The translations under genes and the position numbers were made by a program. A stretch of 62,926 bases of DNA, counting the filler, from Globobulimina sp. (Eukaryota), in the NCBI GenBank assembly GCA_003354225.1. It is 15 parts of 15 records of this genome, joined end to end, with 100 filler letters (N's around TTAATTAATTAA, not from the genome) between each part and the next. Parts side by side here need not be neighbours in the genome. Positions count along the whole stretch, not along the records: positions 1 to 4,105 come from PIVH01001602.1; positions 4,206 to 8,310 come from PIVH01001603.1; positions 8,411 to 12,515 come from PIVH01001604.1; 12 more parts are not named here. One strand, written 5' to 3'. Position 1 is the stretch's first letter. Each line of letters starts with the position of its first letter. Shown here piece after piece: positions 1-9,449 of this stretch. The notes under the pieces are model-generated. The model was not told the DNA's origin and did not search any database. It saw only the letters and a program-made list of their open reading frames with translations.

Positions 1-25
1 ACGCCTGCCCCGAGTGCGGACAACT

Positions 26-149
26 GGCCCAGGGCGTACTTGAGAGGAAGGTGTTTGGATTCACCTTCTTTGTTCAGACCGGTGGTATAGGTTGCCAGGA
101 ACGCAAAAGGAACATCCCCGTCTTTGTTTTCAACCAAATGGAAATAGAC
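26..149 (-). pseudogene. Fragment of a bacterial SNF2-family helicase N-terminal region, fused to eukaryotic DNA
   Basis: Minus strand reads VYFHLVENKDGDVPFAFLATYTTGLNKEGESKHLPLKYAL, matching the HLxENK...PFAFLATY...HLPL.xAL block of bacterial SNF2 helicases; GC-richer than the rest of the contig. Confidence 0.6.
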
Positions 150-1127
150 AGCTCAGCCACACCCAAACCATTATCCTTATCAGTCGCGCTCGAACCGGAT
201 GCGGATGATATTGATATAAATGATGCCATATCGCATGACTCAGAATCATCCTCATCGTCAGATGAAAACTTATTTGATATGGTCGACAATAACCTATTGT
301 CAAACAAGTGCAATATTAACGGCACCAAACCGGCCACGAATGACAGTTTAGATACAGTGGATGTTGGCAATTTATGCGATTTACTGAACCCATTGTTGCA
401 GGACAACGATGCAAAACAATATGAGGACACGGCAACATTTCCCATTCTGAACACGAAAAAGGCAATGTCGCATTACTTGAATGTATCCAAAACACCACAC
501 ATGAAACCAATCGGTGACAAGCGACCTTCGCCATTCACTACAAAAAAATCACCCAAAAAACCTCTGACTCACACTCGAAAGGCGCAAATTGTCAAGAAAT
601 GCCAAGCCGTACACAGCGCCAAAAGAGCTGTAAAGGCCAGAAATAAGACTAAGGGCAATAAGCAGAATCAGAGTCATAATGCGTTATTGCCGCCACCTCC
701 TCCATTGATGCTGCAAAGTGAAGATCAACGCACACAAATCCATAACGCCATTGACGATGATACGTTTACACGGTTTTGCGATGGAAATGATGCAACTAAT
801 CCGAGGCTGGATGTTGCCATTAGTCCGCCATTGAAATTACAATTAAAAGAAGCGAAGTCTTTGAAACCCAAACCTTTGTTGTTTGCAGCATTGGATGACA
901 ATGAGAGCAGTTCGGAGGATGAGAGCGAGGACGAATTGTTATTTGCAAGCAATGATAAAAAGATAACAAAAGGTGGAGATGACGACAGTGACAGTGAGGA
1001 AGAGCTATTGTTTGCTGATGTTGATAAAGGGAATAATGCGGATTCCAATAAATCGACAGCATTGTTGGCAAATTATAGTCGTCCTAAAAATGCCATGAAT
1101 TTCGGACATTTTTGCGGAAATAAATAA
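138..1127 (+). CDS. Low-complexity hypothetical protein (acidic/Ser/Lys-rich), probably 5' truncated by the chimeric junction
   Basis: Long ORF with repeated acidic EDELLFA-like motifs; no recognisable domain. Confidence 0.5.
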   Translation: MEIDSSATPKPLSLSVALEPDADDIDINDAISHDSESSSSSDENLFDMVDNNLLSNKCNINGTKPATNDSLDTVDVGNLCDLLNPLLQDNDAKQYEDTATFPILNTKKAMSHYLNVSKTPHMKPIGDKRPSPFTTKKSPKKPLTHTRKAQIVKKCQAVHSAKRAVKARNKTKGNKQNQSHNALLPPPPPLMLQSEDQRTQIHNAIDDDTFTRFCDGNDATNPRLDVAISPPLKLQLKEAKSLKPKPLLFAALDDNESSSEDESEDELLFASNDKKITKGGDDDSDSEEELLFADVDKGNNADSNKSTALLANYSRPKNAMNFGHFCGNK

Positions 1128-1373
1128 AATTTAATCGAAATGACTGTAGTGTTGAAATAATTGTTTGATTTTTCTTTTTGCTTTTGACTTTTTCTGACAG
1201 TGCTTGTAATTATAAATGGTTTTTTGTATTTACTCGGTAAATTAACATTTACTTTCTGTCGATTGGAAATAACATCGTATTATAATATAATATATCAATA
1301 GATTTACAAGAACTCAAAAATGGAAATTTGAAGCAAAAAAAAGTCGAGATAAGGAAAAAAAGTCATGCTATTA

Positions 1374-3398
1374 TTATCTTGCTGAATTGGATGGATACCA
1401 CTCATTCTCATTTCCCTTTGCTATTTGAATTGTATTAAAGCTAAACCGTTGAGACATTCTCTGTTGCATAGAAACGTTATAATTGCGGACTTGTGCTGCA
1501 GAATTTATATTTGTATTTGATAAAAATCCATATTTTGCAAATAATTTAAACGATTCCAAAGCTTCGTCAATATCCGGATCCATATCATTTGCCTGTTTCT
1601 TGTCCAAATGCATCTCCATCGCTTCATCCACTCGTAAATCAATTTCCATCTGTTTTCCATCCTCACTCTTTTCCTTAACATCATTCTCTTCAATTTGTAC
1701 GTTTCTAAGCGACAACAACATGACAAAAACAGTCAACACATACGCAAAATATACAGTATATACCTGCCAATCTCTGCGGTTTCTACAATACCAAAATCAA
1801 CATAATCGCCTTTACTCCGTGATAAAGATTGGGGCGTTGGCAAACCTGCAATATTTGCCATATGCGAGTTGTGTGAGTTGGATGGTTGAATTCCCAATAA
1901 TTCCAATGCTTTGTTTGTTTTTTTTATATTTACCCGGTTTGATGAACTAAGTGTTGCTGAATGTTGTTCTCGTTCAAATTGTGCAACAACACTTGTATCA
2001 GCGGATTTGTTTTTGGCAGTCAGCGGATTGGAGCGCGTTGGTTGTAATTTGTGCGGTTTTATTTTGATAAAAACATTATGGTCAGAATGAGATTTAATTT
2101 TTTTCAATTTTACAATATTACCTTCTTGTAATTGGTGTGTATCATTCGTCTCATCTGCTAAAATAATCTCACATAATACATTCTTATTGCTTTTATTTTT
2201 ACATTTTTTCAAAAAACAGAATAAATAAATGTTACGTACGTGCGTACCTGCTTTTTTTGTCTGATAAATGTGGTTTTAATGTGGGTGATTTTGTCAGTTG
2301 TTTGGCTGAAAATAGGTTAAAATTATATTTATATTTTATTGTCTGACTGAATTGAAACAGTTTTGCTTTGACAAACAATCGATTTCTAATAAAGTTTAAG
2401 GCAAAAATAGAACAATATACACTCCATAATATGGGTAAATAATATATTATCGTGGGGTTATAAGCAACCACAAATAGACATAAACTCATTGATTGTAAGA
2501 CACAGCAAATAATCGAGGCACGTTTCATGAATATGACACTGTTTAATATTTGTTGGTTTTTACCATCAGAGACAAAATTGGTATATGTATTTTTCACTTC
2601 CATCTTGATAAAAATCTTATATTTTGCAACTAGAAAATCTGCAAATTTCCAAGTGCAGTATGTATTGAATGTTAAATGTAACATGACAACCAATACAAAA
2701 GTGTAATAATATATTAATATTTCCGTGATAAATACAATGGAATATATGATGGCATAATAGAGTATAAATTTTTTTATCACTGCCATGGTCGTAGTGGATC
2801 GACATTGTTGCGTCGATCTTTTAGTAGTATAATAGCGGTAAAATGAGAACAATGATTCCCAAATGGATAAGATCATTACACCACAAATCAAACACAAATC
2901 AAATGTGTATATGATCGGTGTTTTATCGGTGAATAAATGAATTGTATGCATCGTTGTTAATGAGTGTGCATGGTATGTTTTGATGGAATATCCAAATAAT
3001 AAGTCAGTGACAGTTTCGTTATATGCTGAATGAATATAATTATAAACATCGAGAATAATTATTAAAATGCATAAAAATATCATAAATATAATATAAAACA
3101 GAAATGACACAGGGAAAAAATCAAATTGTTGACCGTCACGTGACCGCAATAAACAACAACATTGACATTTTCTACGCATATCTGTGTGCGATATTGATCT
3201 GCTACGTACCGTGCTTAACACAGTGGGTTTTGGAAGCGATATTGACATAGATGTTGCTGTGGGATAAAATCCTCTCAATTTAAATCTAAAATGTTGCGAA
3301 TAATGCAAATAGACAGTAATTACTAAAATCAACAGAGAAACGATAACAAACATCAACATGATATGTAAATGTTTTTTTTTTGATTTTTGGGTATACAA
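1374..3398 (-). CDS. Multi-pass membrane protein (7TM-like) with long hydrophilic C-terminus; multi-exon
   Basis: ORFs 2232-3398, 1733-2212 and 1374-1739 with short GT-AG gaps near 2245-2205 and 1763-1707; many hydrophobic segments. Confidence 0.55.
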
Positions 3399-3520
3399 AA
3401 AGCTTTTTTTTGCCTACTTTAATATCAACTTTCCATCTCAAAGAAACTCACTCGACGCAAACCTCACAAACCTTTATAGATTTGCCTTTATAAATTCGCA
3501 CAACAAACCTATTTAGCAAC

Positions 3521-3775
3521 ATGGTGATGTCACTTAAACACATCGTAGTCTTATCAATGGTGTTAATGTTTATGTTTTTTGGAATCCTTGGCACCGTTTG
3601 TATGGATGGTGCATGTGGCGGAGAGCCAGATGGCTGGAAATTTGTAGGATATTTTGGTTGGGGATTAGGTTTAGCCTCGACCTGTGTGGGCATTATCACA
3701 TCGCAAGGTGGCTCCTCGTCGACTGATCTTAATAAATTGGAAGAAGAGAGAGAAAATGCACGCAAAAACCCATAA
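3521..3775 (+). CDS. Small two-TM hypothetical protein
   Basis: 84-aa ATG ORF with two hydrophobic helices and a charged tail. Confidence 0.5.
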   Translation: MVMSLKHIVVLSMVLMFMFFGILGTVCMDGACGGEPDGWKFVGYFGWGLGLASTCVGIITSQGGSSSTDLNKLEEERENARKNP

Positions 3776-4295
3776 AAATACTGACAAAAATAAAATAAAA
3801 TAAAATAAAAAACATATATCATACTCCTTCATCATACACTCATATTTTATGCATGCAATTTATATTTCAACTCCTAATTTTAATGACTAATAACCTGTAT
3901 CTTCTGTTTATGTCTTATTTTTTAAATGAATGTGCTTAATACATTTTATCCATACCTGCTTTTATAAATTTGTGTTTTTTTTTTCTTATTTCGTTTTTTT
4001 CCCTTTGTTTGAAGTGTATTCATTTTTTTTCGATGCGCCATATGAAATGAGTGGGATTTCATAGCTTTTTTTTTCTTTATTTTAATGATATTTAATTGCT
4101 TAAACNNNNNNNNNNNNNNNNNNNNNNNNNNNNNNNNNNNNNNNNNNNNTTAATTAATTAANNNNNNNNNNNNNNNNNNNNNNNNNNNNNNNNNNNNNNN
4201 NNNNNTTATAAAGAGTAACTAAAAATAAAAACACCACGAGGACAGTTACTGTACATCCTCAGCTAAAAAAAAATTGCAACCATTTATTCATCTTC

Positions 4296-5027
4296 TTACA
4301 ATAATTTTTGAATCTTTTTGAGAAATACAGACTCTTTGATAGCATGTGAATTTTTGATTGCAGATGCGAATAACAGTGTTAGTATTGAGACATACAGTAT
4401 TGAACTTCGGTTGAAAATCTTTGAAACAATAAAAAAGAAACATTGATGCAGGATAAAGCTAACCAACGCGTCAAATGTGAACCATTTTTCTTTTCTCCCT
4501 TGTTGGTGATGTTGTGCGTGTTGGTAAGCACATGATGAATGTTCATGAAGCCAAAAGCCCATAATACCAAATCCGAATTTTAAAACCAAATTCGGACTTA
4601 GCACAGGGATTGATAGCGAAATTACAACAGGAATAATAAATTGAACGACGCAATCAACAGGATGCATGTAAAAAAAATCTAATCCAACAGTTTTTTGTAA
4701 TGAGTGATGGATTTCGTGAAAATGCCAAAAGCAATCGAAATTGTGCATTGCCATGTGCGCAATAAAAATAAGTCCATCAAAAATGACACAGAATAAAATA
4801 ATCTGACTTGTTTGGTAAGATTCTGCTTGTGTGAATGAATCAAATACATTTGTTTTCAACACTGGAATCAACATTGATGCCAACATGCACAGTAACAGAT
4901 TGAGAATGCATAATTTCCATCTTTTTTGTTGATAAAAATCAGTGTAATTATCTCCAGATATCCATCCGATTGTCACGCCGGTTACAGTGGCAATCAAAAC
5001 CAGAGCTGGCATGTCAGATACATCCAT
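4296..5027 (-). CDS. Fatty acid hydroxylase / sterol desaturase family protein
   Basis: His boxes HMAMH, HEIHH, HEH and HAQHH, MHPVD motif, TM segments. Confidence 0.75.
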   Translation of the reverse strand: MDVSDMPALVLIATVTGVTIGWISGDNYTDFYQQKRWKLCILNLLLCMLASMLIPVLKTNVFDSFTQAESYQTSQIILFCVIFDGLIFIAHMAMHNFDCFWHFHEIHHSLQKTVGLDFFYMHPVDCVVQFIIPVVISLSIPVLSPNLVLKFGFGIMGFWLHEHSSCAYQHAQHHQQGRKEKWFTFDALVSFILHQCFFFIVSKIFNRSSILYVSILTLLFASAIKNSHAIKESVFLKKIQKLL

Positions 5028-5867
5028 CTTTTTTGATAGTAACTTCTGTTTGGTCGAAAGAACTTGGGAGTTTTTCAAACGATTATTTAGTGAGAACTTA
5101 TTTAAAACTTTGTTTTTATTACTGCGGAATTATTTAATTAATCACCTAATTATGTTTCTCAGATTTAATTTCATAATTGACAAAAGTCTGAACTTTGCAG
5201 CTACTTAATTATAATTAATTATGTAGTTAAATCTGCACTGACAACAACTGTACATAATCAATATTTATTTCATTGTTTTATCAACAGCACCAAGCTGTCA
5301 TGGGTTAAATTTGAAATAAAGGAAGGAAGGATATTAATAAATATTATAAATATTCAATATGATTTGTCAGGTTCATTACAAACAGCAATTGTGCAATATT
5401 TTCCAACCAAAAACGACAAAGCTTTAGCATTATTTTAATTGGAAGCAATATGAGTATGTTTCAGTTTGGCATGATGTTTAGTGGTAATATTGATGATTGG
5501 GTAATTCTTAAATCTATATCGGTACAAATAATTCATTTAACTTCGAATGCTAGGTTCAAAACCACTCTAGCTAACCAAAAACTTTTCTAATCGTTGAAAT
5601 GAAACGAAACGAAACGAAACTAAGCCAAAAAAGTTAATTATCACCTTTTGCAAATCATGTTTTAAATTCGTGATGTATAGAATATTACATTCATACGCCC
5701 ATATAATATAAACATCTTCTTCAAAATACTAAGAAATCAATTCCAAAGTTGAAGTCCGACCACCACAATGAAAATTAGCTAAATTTATAGTTAACGAGAT
5801 AAAATAATTATTTTTCATTGCTCGATTAACTGTTCGATCTAAAGTATTGAACAATTATCATCGCGCA

Positions 5868-7016
5868 TCACTGGCAGTGGTCTGAACTTTCATCATCTGA
5901 CTGATTTTCATTTAATACACATTGAAAGCCATAAAAATAGTCACTTTTCGCTTGGTATCCTCGCAAAAACAACATTAAATTGGTCAAATATCCTTCATCA
6001 AAACTAATTGCTCCATCCGAATGATGCGATGCATTATTTCTCCCATTATTAGGTCTCAGCTCTTCAAAGTATTTCATAAATTTTTCATTTGCTCGTGGTT
6101 TAATCATTTCATATGTTGTTTGATTCGTTACCGCTAAATACAAATGAAAAAATAATCCCATCAATGGAGCACTAATATTATACAGCAGACACAGCAAAAC
6201 TAGGCACCACACAATCCATCCAACAATGATAGGGTACTGATTAATGGTATTCAAAATCAACAAATCAACACTAATATAAATAGCAATAACATATATAATG
6301 CTCTCCAATGCTGTTGAAAGTAAAAAATAGCGGTGATTATATGCACCGATTGAGTTTCCTATCGCTGTGCTATAATGATCAAAGACAGCCACACAAGCAT
6401 CAATATCATAGTCATGTTTTGAGCGTATTGGTCTCACAAATTTGCAACGCCAACAAAACGCTCCGGGCGCATCATCTGGATCGATACAAATTGGTTCAAA
6501 ATCATGTTTATAATTATGTGCTAATTGAGTGGATTCATTTGGTGTAATTAAACCATCCGAATTCAAAGCTATGTCTGCTTTTGGAATAATGGCAGGATCA
6601 CTCAATGAAGTTTGTAAAAACACTGCAATGGAAATAAGTTGAATTACATGCAATATTATGTTGAAAACGTATGCATTGTTGGTTGCAATATTTCTGCTCA
6701 ATTTGGAGTATTCAAAAGAATAAAAAATGATTCCAACAGCAATTTGAGCTGCGATGTATTCAGTTCTAGCGACAAAAGCAAGATAACGCGCAAATGTTGT
6801 TTCTCTTTGTAATGCCGATGAAATGTCTGGAGCGCATGAACAGCAATCTTTACTTTCTTCGATAGCCATAGTTCGCATCCTGACCTGATTGGCTCTATGT
6901 TTCTTTTTTGAGAGCTGTTTGCTTCTCTTGACAAATAATCGCACGATATATGGTGCTATGATGAGAACTGGAGCTATGCACCAAATAATCGGTGTTGCAA
7001 TTGACAATGCAGACAT
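5868..7016 (-). CDS. DHHC palmitoyltransferase-like protein with DHYS variant motif
   Basis: SDP, CWRC..RPIRSKH, FDHYS..IGNSIGAYNHRYF, NQTTYE (TTxE) and FDEG..NL (PaCCT-like) motifs. Confidence 0.8.
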   Translation of the reverse strand: MSALSIATPIIWCIAPVLIIAPYIVRLFVKRSKQLSKKKHRANQVRMRTMAIEESKDCCSCAPDISSALQRETTFARYLAFVARTEYIAAQIAVGIIFYSFEYSKLSRNIATNNAYVFNIILHVIQLISIAVFLQTSLSDPAIIPKADIALNSDGLITPNESTQLAHNYKHDFEPICIDPDDAPGAFCWRCKFVRPIRSKHDYDIDACVAVFDHYSTAIGNSIGAYNHRYFLLSTALESIIYVIAIYISVDLLILNTINQYPIIVGWIVWCLVLLCLLYNISAPLMGLFFHLYLAVTNQTTYEMIKPRANEKFMKYFEELRPNNGRNNASHHSDGAISFDEGYLTNLMLFLRGYQAKSDYFYGFQCVLNENQSDDESSDHCQ

Positions 7017-7037
7017 CACAAAAGAAGGAGTTTTTCT

Positions 7038-7955
7038 TCAAATTTGTTGTTGTGGCTGGTTTAAAATGCGTATATTTTGTAATATCCATCTTCTATGATT
7101 TGCATCTCGAACACCATAATCTTGCAAATCGAGCATAGAGACATATTTTAAATCGGAACCAATAATTCCATCCTCAATAAATTGTGCTTTTAATGTTTCC
7201 ACATATTTAAGCATTCCAATCTGCTGTAACCATTTCATAATATTATCCACATTCCATTCATTCACATTTTTATTACATTCAAAATTAAACGCACTCTTCT
7301 TTGACAAATGTATCTTTTCCTTTTCTCTTTTCCTCTGATTCATATTGGATATGTTATTAACATTATTCTTATTGTCATATTGTTCAATATCTTGCTCATC
7401 ATTGCCGTGGTCAATGTCATTAAATTCATTCTCATTGTTATTATTTAATAATTGTAATTGTTTGAAATATTGTTTCCGATCATTTAGACTCATTTTCATA
7501 TAAAAAGCACGTTCCTTTGTTTTCAAACTATCCCATTCACTTTTTAATTGTTGCAATTTTAATTGATTGTTATTTTTTTTTTTACCATTTACAAACAATT
7601 CGAATGCAGTTCGATATGGAACGATACTCTTTGTCTCTTTATCATTCCTTTTACATTCAATTATTTTACCATTAGTATTTACTTTGCATTCAGTTATAGG
7701 ATTTTGGCAAACATTCATGATTTGACCACATTCAGAATGAGAACACTGGATAATTTGCGCCGATGGTGGATAATGCAATTTTTTATTACATCCAATGCAT
7801 ATCATTATATATTCGGAATAAGGCATACATATTTCATTGCAATTTGCACATTCAATGATTGATGAGTTTCTCAGGCAACACAGCTTTTGTTTGCATTTAT
7901 GACAATGGAAAAAAAATAATTCCGAGTTGCGTGAAGTAGCTATGTTTGTAGTCAT
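7038..7955 (-). CDS. Protein with two LSD1-type zinc fingers, an HMG box and a SAM domain
   Basis: CxxC..L.YPPSA..IQC..C repeats; TAFELF...EWDSL..KERAFY..MS..DR..Y (HMG); WNVDNI.KWL..IGM..Y...F..DGI.G (SAM). Confidence 0.65.
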   Translation of the reverse strand: MTTNIATSRNSELFFFHCHKCKQKLCCLRNSSIIECANCNEICMPYSEYIMICIGCNKKLHYPPSAQIIQCSHSECGQIMNVCQNPITECKVNTNGKIIECKRNDKETKSIVPYRTAFELFVNGKKKNNNQLKLQQLKSEWDSLKTKERAFYMKMSLNDRKQYFKQLQLLNNNNENEFNDIDHGNDEQDIEQYDNKNNVNNISNMNQRKREKEKIHLSKKSAFNFECNKNVNEWNVDNIMKWLQQIGMLKYVETLKAQFIEDGIIGSDLKYVSMLDLQDYGVRDANHRRWILQNIRILNQPQQQI

Positions 7956-7963
7956 TATCAGCA

Positions 7964-8310
7964 ATGTTCAAAAAAAACCCTCAAACAACACAGAGATTAC
8001 TTTCACTAAAAGCTGAATATGGTTTGTTCATCGACGGCAAATTTGAGTCCAGTTCAGATGGCTCGACATTTGATCTTCAAAACCCAGCAACTGGTGATAT
8101 GTTATGTAAAGTAGCTGATGCTCGACCGGACGATGTGAATAAAGCAATACAATGCGCATATGAATCATATATGGATGGGAGATGGAGGAATATGGATATT
8201 CGTCAACGATCGTACATATTATATGCGGCAGCTAGTTTATTGAAAGAATATGTGTATGATATTGCATACATGGAATCACTGCAAACCGGGAGGCCAATCC
8301 GTGAGATGAA
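7964..8310 (+). CDS. Aldehyde dehydrogenase, N-terminal part (3' truncated by contig end)
   Basis: LFIDGKF, NPATG, DVNKAI, MESLQTGRPI motifs. Confidence 0.85.
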
Positions 8311-8410
8311 NNNNNNNNNNNNNNNNNNNNNNNNNNNNNNNNNNNNNNNNNNNNTTAATTAATTAANNNNNNNNNNNNNNNNNNNNNNNNNNNNNNNNNN
8401 NNNNNNNNNN

Positions 8411-8824
8411 GTGTTACGAGGTATAGGTTTTGTTGGTAGTCGGCAGGATGATTTTTGTGATGTTTCTCGGTTTAATGATGTGACAAGTATCATATTTGAA
8501 GGTTTATTGAACAATAAAATTAAATGGCATTTAGAAAATTGTCATTTTGTGCCACAATCTAATTTTATATATTATAGAAAAGAAAAGATAATGAAACATG
8601 TGATAAGATTTGAAGATTTGGAAAATGAATTTATTGCTTTGTTAGAGTTGTTCGAGGATACAAGAAATATCACCAAGAGTGATTTAACAAATCCATTGTA
8701 TTTAAGAGAAAGACATCCGAGTAACTGTTTAAATTTGGTCGTGGATGATATCAATGCAACCAATAAACAACTGATAAGGCAATATTATGTGGATGATTTT
8801 GAACACTTTTATCCAGCATTGTAA
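8411..8824 (+). CDS. Sulfotransferase family (Sulfotransfer_2-like), C-terminal part
   Basis: HFVPQ, IRFEDLENEF and IRQYYVDDFEHF motifs. Confidence 0.65.
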   Translation: MLRGIGFVGSRQDDFCDVSRFNDVTSIIFEGLLNNKIKWHLENCHFVPQSNFIYYRKEKIMKHVIRFEDLENEFIALLELFEDTRNITKSDLTNPLYLRERHPSNCLNLVVDDINATNKQLIRQYYVDDFEHFYPAL

Positions 8825-9089
8825 AAACAAAAACAAAAACAAAAAAAACCTGGATTAACTCACTCATGATCAAGCTCAATATTCTTTTCGTATTATTTTT
8901 AATATATTTATATATCTCCTTTAATTTTTATGCTTCCCACATATATTCCATTATCTTTTTTCTTTTTTACAGTTGTTATTGTAATGGTTATTGATTGCTT
9001 GCATCATCTCTTTATTTATCCAAACTTTCCTTATCATTATATTCTTTCGTATATTTTATATTTATTTTTATTCTCTCTATATTTCTTTA

Positions 9090-9255
9090 CAGTGATAAAC
9101 TTTTTGAGTTCTAGTTTTTTTCACATTTGTGGAAAACTACTTTACTTTAAATTTAACTCCTGACGAAGACAGCATTTGTCGAAACGTCGAACTATATACC
9201 CTTGTTTGAAAATAACCCTTTCTAGAAACAAACACCTCTACAAAACCCTTAACAT
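9090..9255 (+). mobile_element. Solo Penelope-like element repeat (pLTR) remnant
   Basis: Aligns by eye with 45360-45510, including an identical CCTGACGAAGACAGCATTTGTCGAAACGTCGAACT core. Confidence 0.7.
9157..9192 (+). ncRNA. Minimal type I hammerhead ribozyme motif (copy 1)
   Basis: CTGACGA (9160-9166), stem II GACA/TGTC, GAAA, palindromic ACGT stem III, GUC cleavage triplet; stem I only 2 bp. Confidence 0.7.
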
Positions 9256-9449
9256 TAACCGGTGTAATTAAATTCTCTTCCATTATTCGATAAAGTTAAA
9301 AGTTTTCTACATTTCGACAAAACTACGAGAGTGAAAAAAAAATCACTATATATTTCATAATTATTTAACAAAAAACAAAAACTAAAACATTGATAATCGC
9401 AAATCTTATTCATCATACAGAATAATCAATAATTTCAGTTACAATATAT

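Noticed and set aside
5601-5620. (GAAAC)4 and other simple repeats such as (TGTGTT)n at 20697-20730 and (AAT)n tracts
   Set aside because: Ordinary microsatellites or Asn-coding low complexity
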